DNA of 64,000 nucleotides from Deltaproteobacteria bacterium (GTDB lineage Bacteria; Myxococcota; JACRCW01): NCBI GenBank assembly GCA_016218805.1, contig JACRCW010000008.1, positions 1 to 64,000 of the forward strand, read 5' to 3'. Shown piece by piece: positions 62,567 to 64,000 of this stretch (position 1 is its first letter; each line of letters starts with the position of its first letter). The notes under the pieces were generated by a model. It saw only the letters and a program-made list of their open reading frames with translations, ran no database searches and was not told where the DNA came from. The position numbers and the translations under genes were made by a program.

Positions 62567-64000
62567 ATGGCCGCCGCTCCCCGCCGGGATCAACGCCTGT
62601 TCTCGCTGGCCATGCTGCTGTCCGGGTTTGCCGGCGTTTCCTATGAAATCCTGTACGCGCGCGTGCTCGCGGACATCATCGGGGACCAGTTTGCCGTGGC
62701 CGCGGCGGTGCTCATCACCTTCCTGCTGGGCATTGGCACCGGTGCCGCGGTGGCGCACCGCCTGTGGCGCCACCTGTGGGCCATTGAAGCGGGTATCGGC
62801 GCCTACGGCCTGCTGATCGCCGTCACCGCGCCCGCGCTGGACCGGCTGCTGTACGCCAGCCTGCCGCTGCTCCCGGGGGACCTGGCGGGCAGCATCCTGT
62901 TCGGTGTGAGCGTGCTCGTGCTGCCCGCGTTTCTCGTCGGGTGCAGCATCCCGCTGTTCTCCGGCTACCTGCAGCGGCTGGGCCATGGCCGCGCGTTTCC
63001 GCACGTGTACGCCGTCTACAACTTTGGTGCGGCGCTGACCACGCTGGCCATTGAGTTCCTGCTGGTGCGCGTGCTGGGCATCCGCGGCGCGCTGATGGCC
63101 ATTGCCGCCGTCAACGGCGTGGTGGCGCTGGTGGTGCTGGGCGGTTTCCGCCACCTGGGTGACCGGCGCGCGTTGCCGCGCCCACCGTTTCCCCTGCGCC
63201 TGCCGGTGCCGGCTCTGGAGCTGGCTGCCGTCGTCATCGCCAGCATTGCCTCCGCGGTGTTCCAGCTGCTGGCGGTGCGCCTGGCGGAGATGCTGCTGGG
63301 CCCGTTCCGGGAGACGTTTGCGCTGGTCCTGTCCCTGGTGCTGGGTGGCATCGCACTGGGAGCGGTGCTGGTGCAGACCACGGGCGTGCGCCTTGCCGGC
63401 GTGTTGGCGGGGGCGCTGCTGGGGTTGCTGCTGCTGCTGCTGGGCTTCCAGCCGCTGGCGTCCGTCTACTCCGCGCTCTACGGCCCCGCCGCCGCCGCGG
63501 GCTTGCTGGGGCCGTTGAAGTGGGCGCTGCTGGCGGCGCTGTTCGGCCTGCCGGCCACGGCGTTTGGCGCCACCCTGCCGGCCCTGCTCCGGGACAATGA
63601 CGACGTGGCCCGGGCGTCCGGCGCCCTGTTGTGCGTGTCATCCCTGGCCAACGTGGCGGGGTTCCTGCTCATGACGCTGGGCCTGCACCGCTGGCTGGAC
63701 TACGGCGCGCTGGTGGCCCTGCTGACGGCGCTGGTGGCGGCCGCGCTGGTGGCGCTGGCTGTGCGTGACGTGCAGCATTGGGCGCTGGGCGGCGCCTCCG
63801 TCACCACCGCGCTGCTGCTGCTGGCCGGAACCTGGGACGAAGACCTCCTGTTCCTCGGCTACCGCGCCTTCCAGGAACCCGCGGCCATGACGCAACAGCG
63901 CGCGCTGCTGCGCGGCGCGGAACGCTTCCGCGGCGCCCAGGACGTGTTTGCCATCCCGTGGCGGGACGGCAAGCCCTACCTGTTCATCAACGGCTACCTC
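62567..64000 (+). CDS. Fused membrane/spermidine-synthase-like protein (runs off the window end)
   Basis: Manual translation MAAAPRRDQRLFSLAMLLSGFAGVSYEILYARVL...; many TM helices; L.ING at the window end. Confidence 0.75.
   Translation, partial: MAAAPRRDQRLFSLAMLLSGFAGVSYEILYARVLADIIGDQFAVAAAVLITFLLGIGTGAAVAHRLWRHLWAIEAGIGAYGLLIAVTAPALDRLLYASLPLLPGDLAGSILFGVSVLVLPAFLVGCSIPLFSGYLQRLGHGRAFPHVYAVYNFGAALTTLAIEFLLVRVLGIRGALMAIAAVNGVVALVVLGGFRHLGDRRALPRPPFPLRLPVPALELAAVVIASIASAVFQLLAVRLAEMLLGPFRETFALVLSLVLGGIALGAVLVQTTGVRLAGVLAGALLGLLLLLLGFQPLASVYSALYGPAAAAGLLGPLKWALLAALFGLPATAFGATLPALLRDNDDVARASGALLCVSSLANVAGFLLMTLGLHRWLDYGALVALLTALVAAALVALAVRDVQHWALGGASVTTALLLLAGTWDEDLLFLGYRAFQEPAAMTQQRALLRGAERFRGAQDVFAIPWRDGKPYLFINGYL

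Overview
High-GC (about 70% by eye) bacterial window. Its many Cys-rich and Ser-rich lipoproteins, eukaryotic-like Ser/Thr kinases and FHA/PEGA proteins suggest Myxococcota or a relative. The flanks (1-19 kb and 51-64 kb) hold housekeeping, envelope and signalling genes: GT2, a WcaJ-like transferase, pyrH, frr, orn, a WYL regulator and kinases. The centre (about 19.2-51.3 kb) holds two divergently transcribed, paralogous cassettes that look like an unusual ABC/Tc-toxin system. Each cassette has three core genes: (i) a 2.0-2.1 kaa TcB-TcC-like fusion (SpvB-like start, FG-GAP repeats, YD/RHS shell, variable C-terminal cargo) with a Sec signal peptide; (ii) a 1.9-2.0 kaa lipoprotein with an N-terminal Cys-rich stalk and a TcA-like C-terminal half; (iii) a Cys-rich lipoprotein of about 300 aa. 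The island is bracketed by three fibre-like genes that share one 'PY(Q/D)GxL' adaptor domain, one of which is fused to an HTH and a phage tail-collar domain. The right RHS keeps both autoprotease aspartates; the left has lost both. No immunity or holin/endolysin genes are evident. All assignments come from motif recognition by eye, without database searches.
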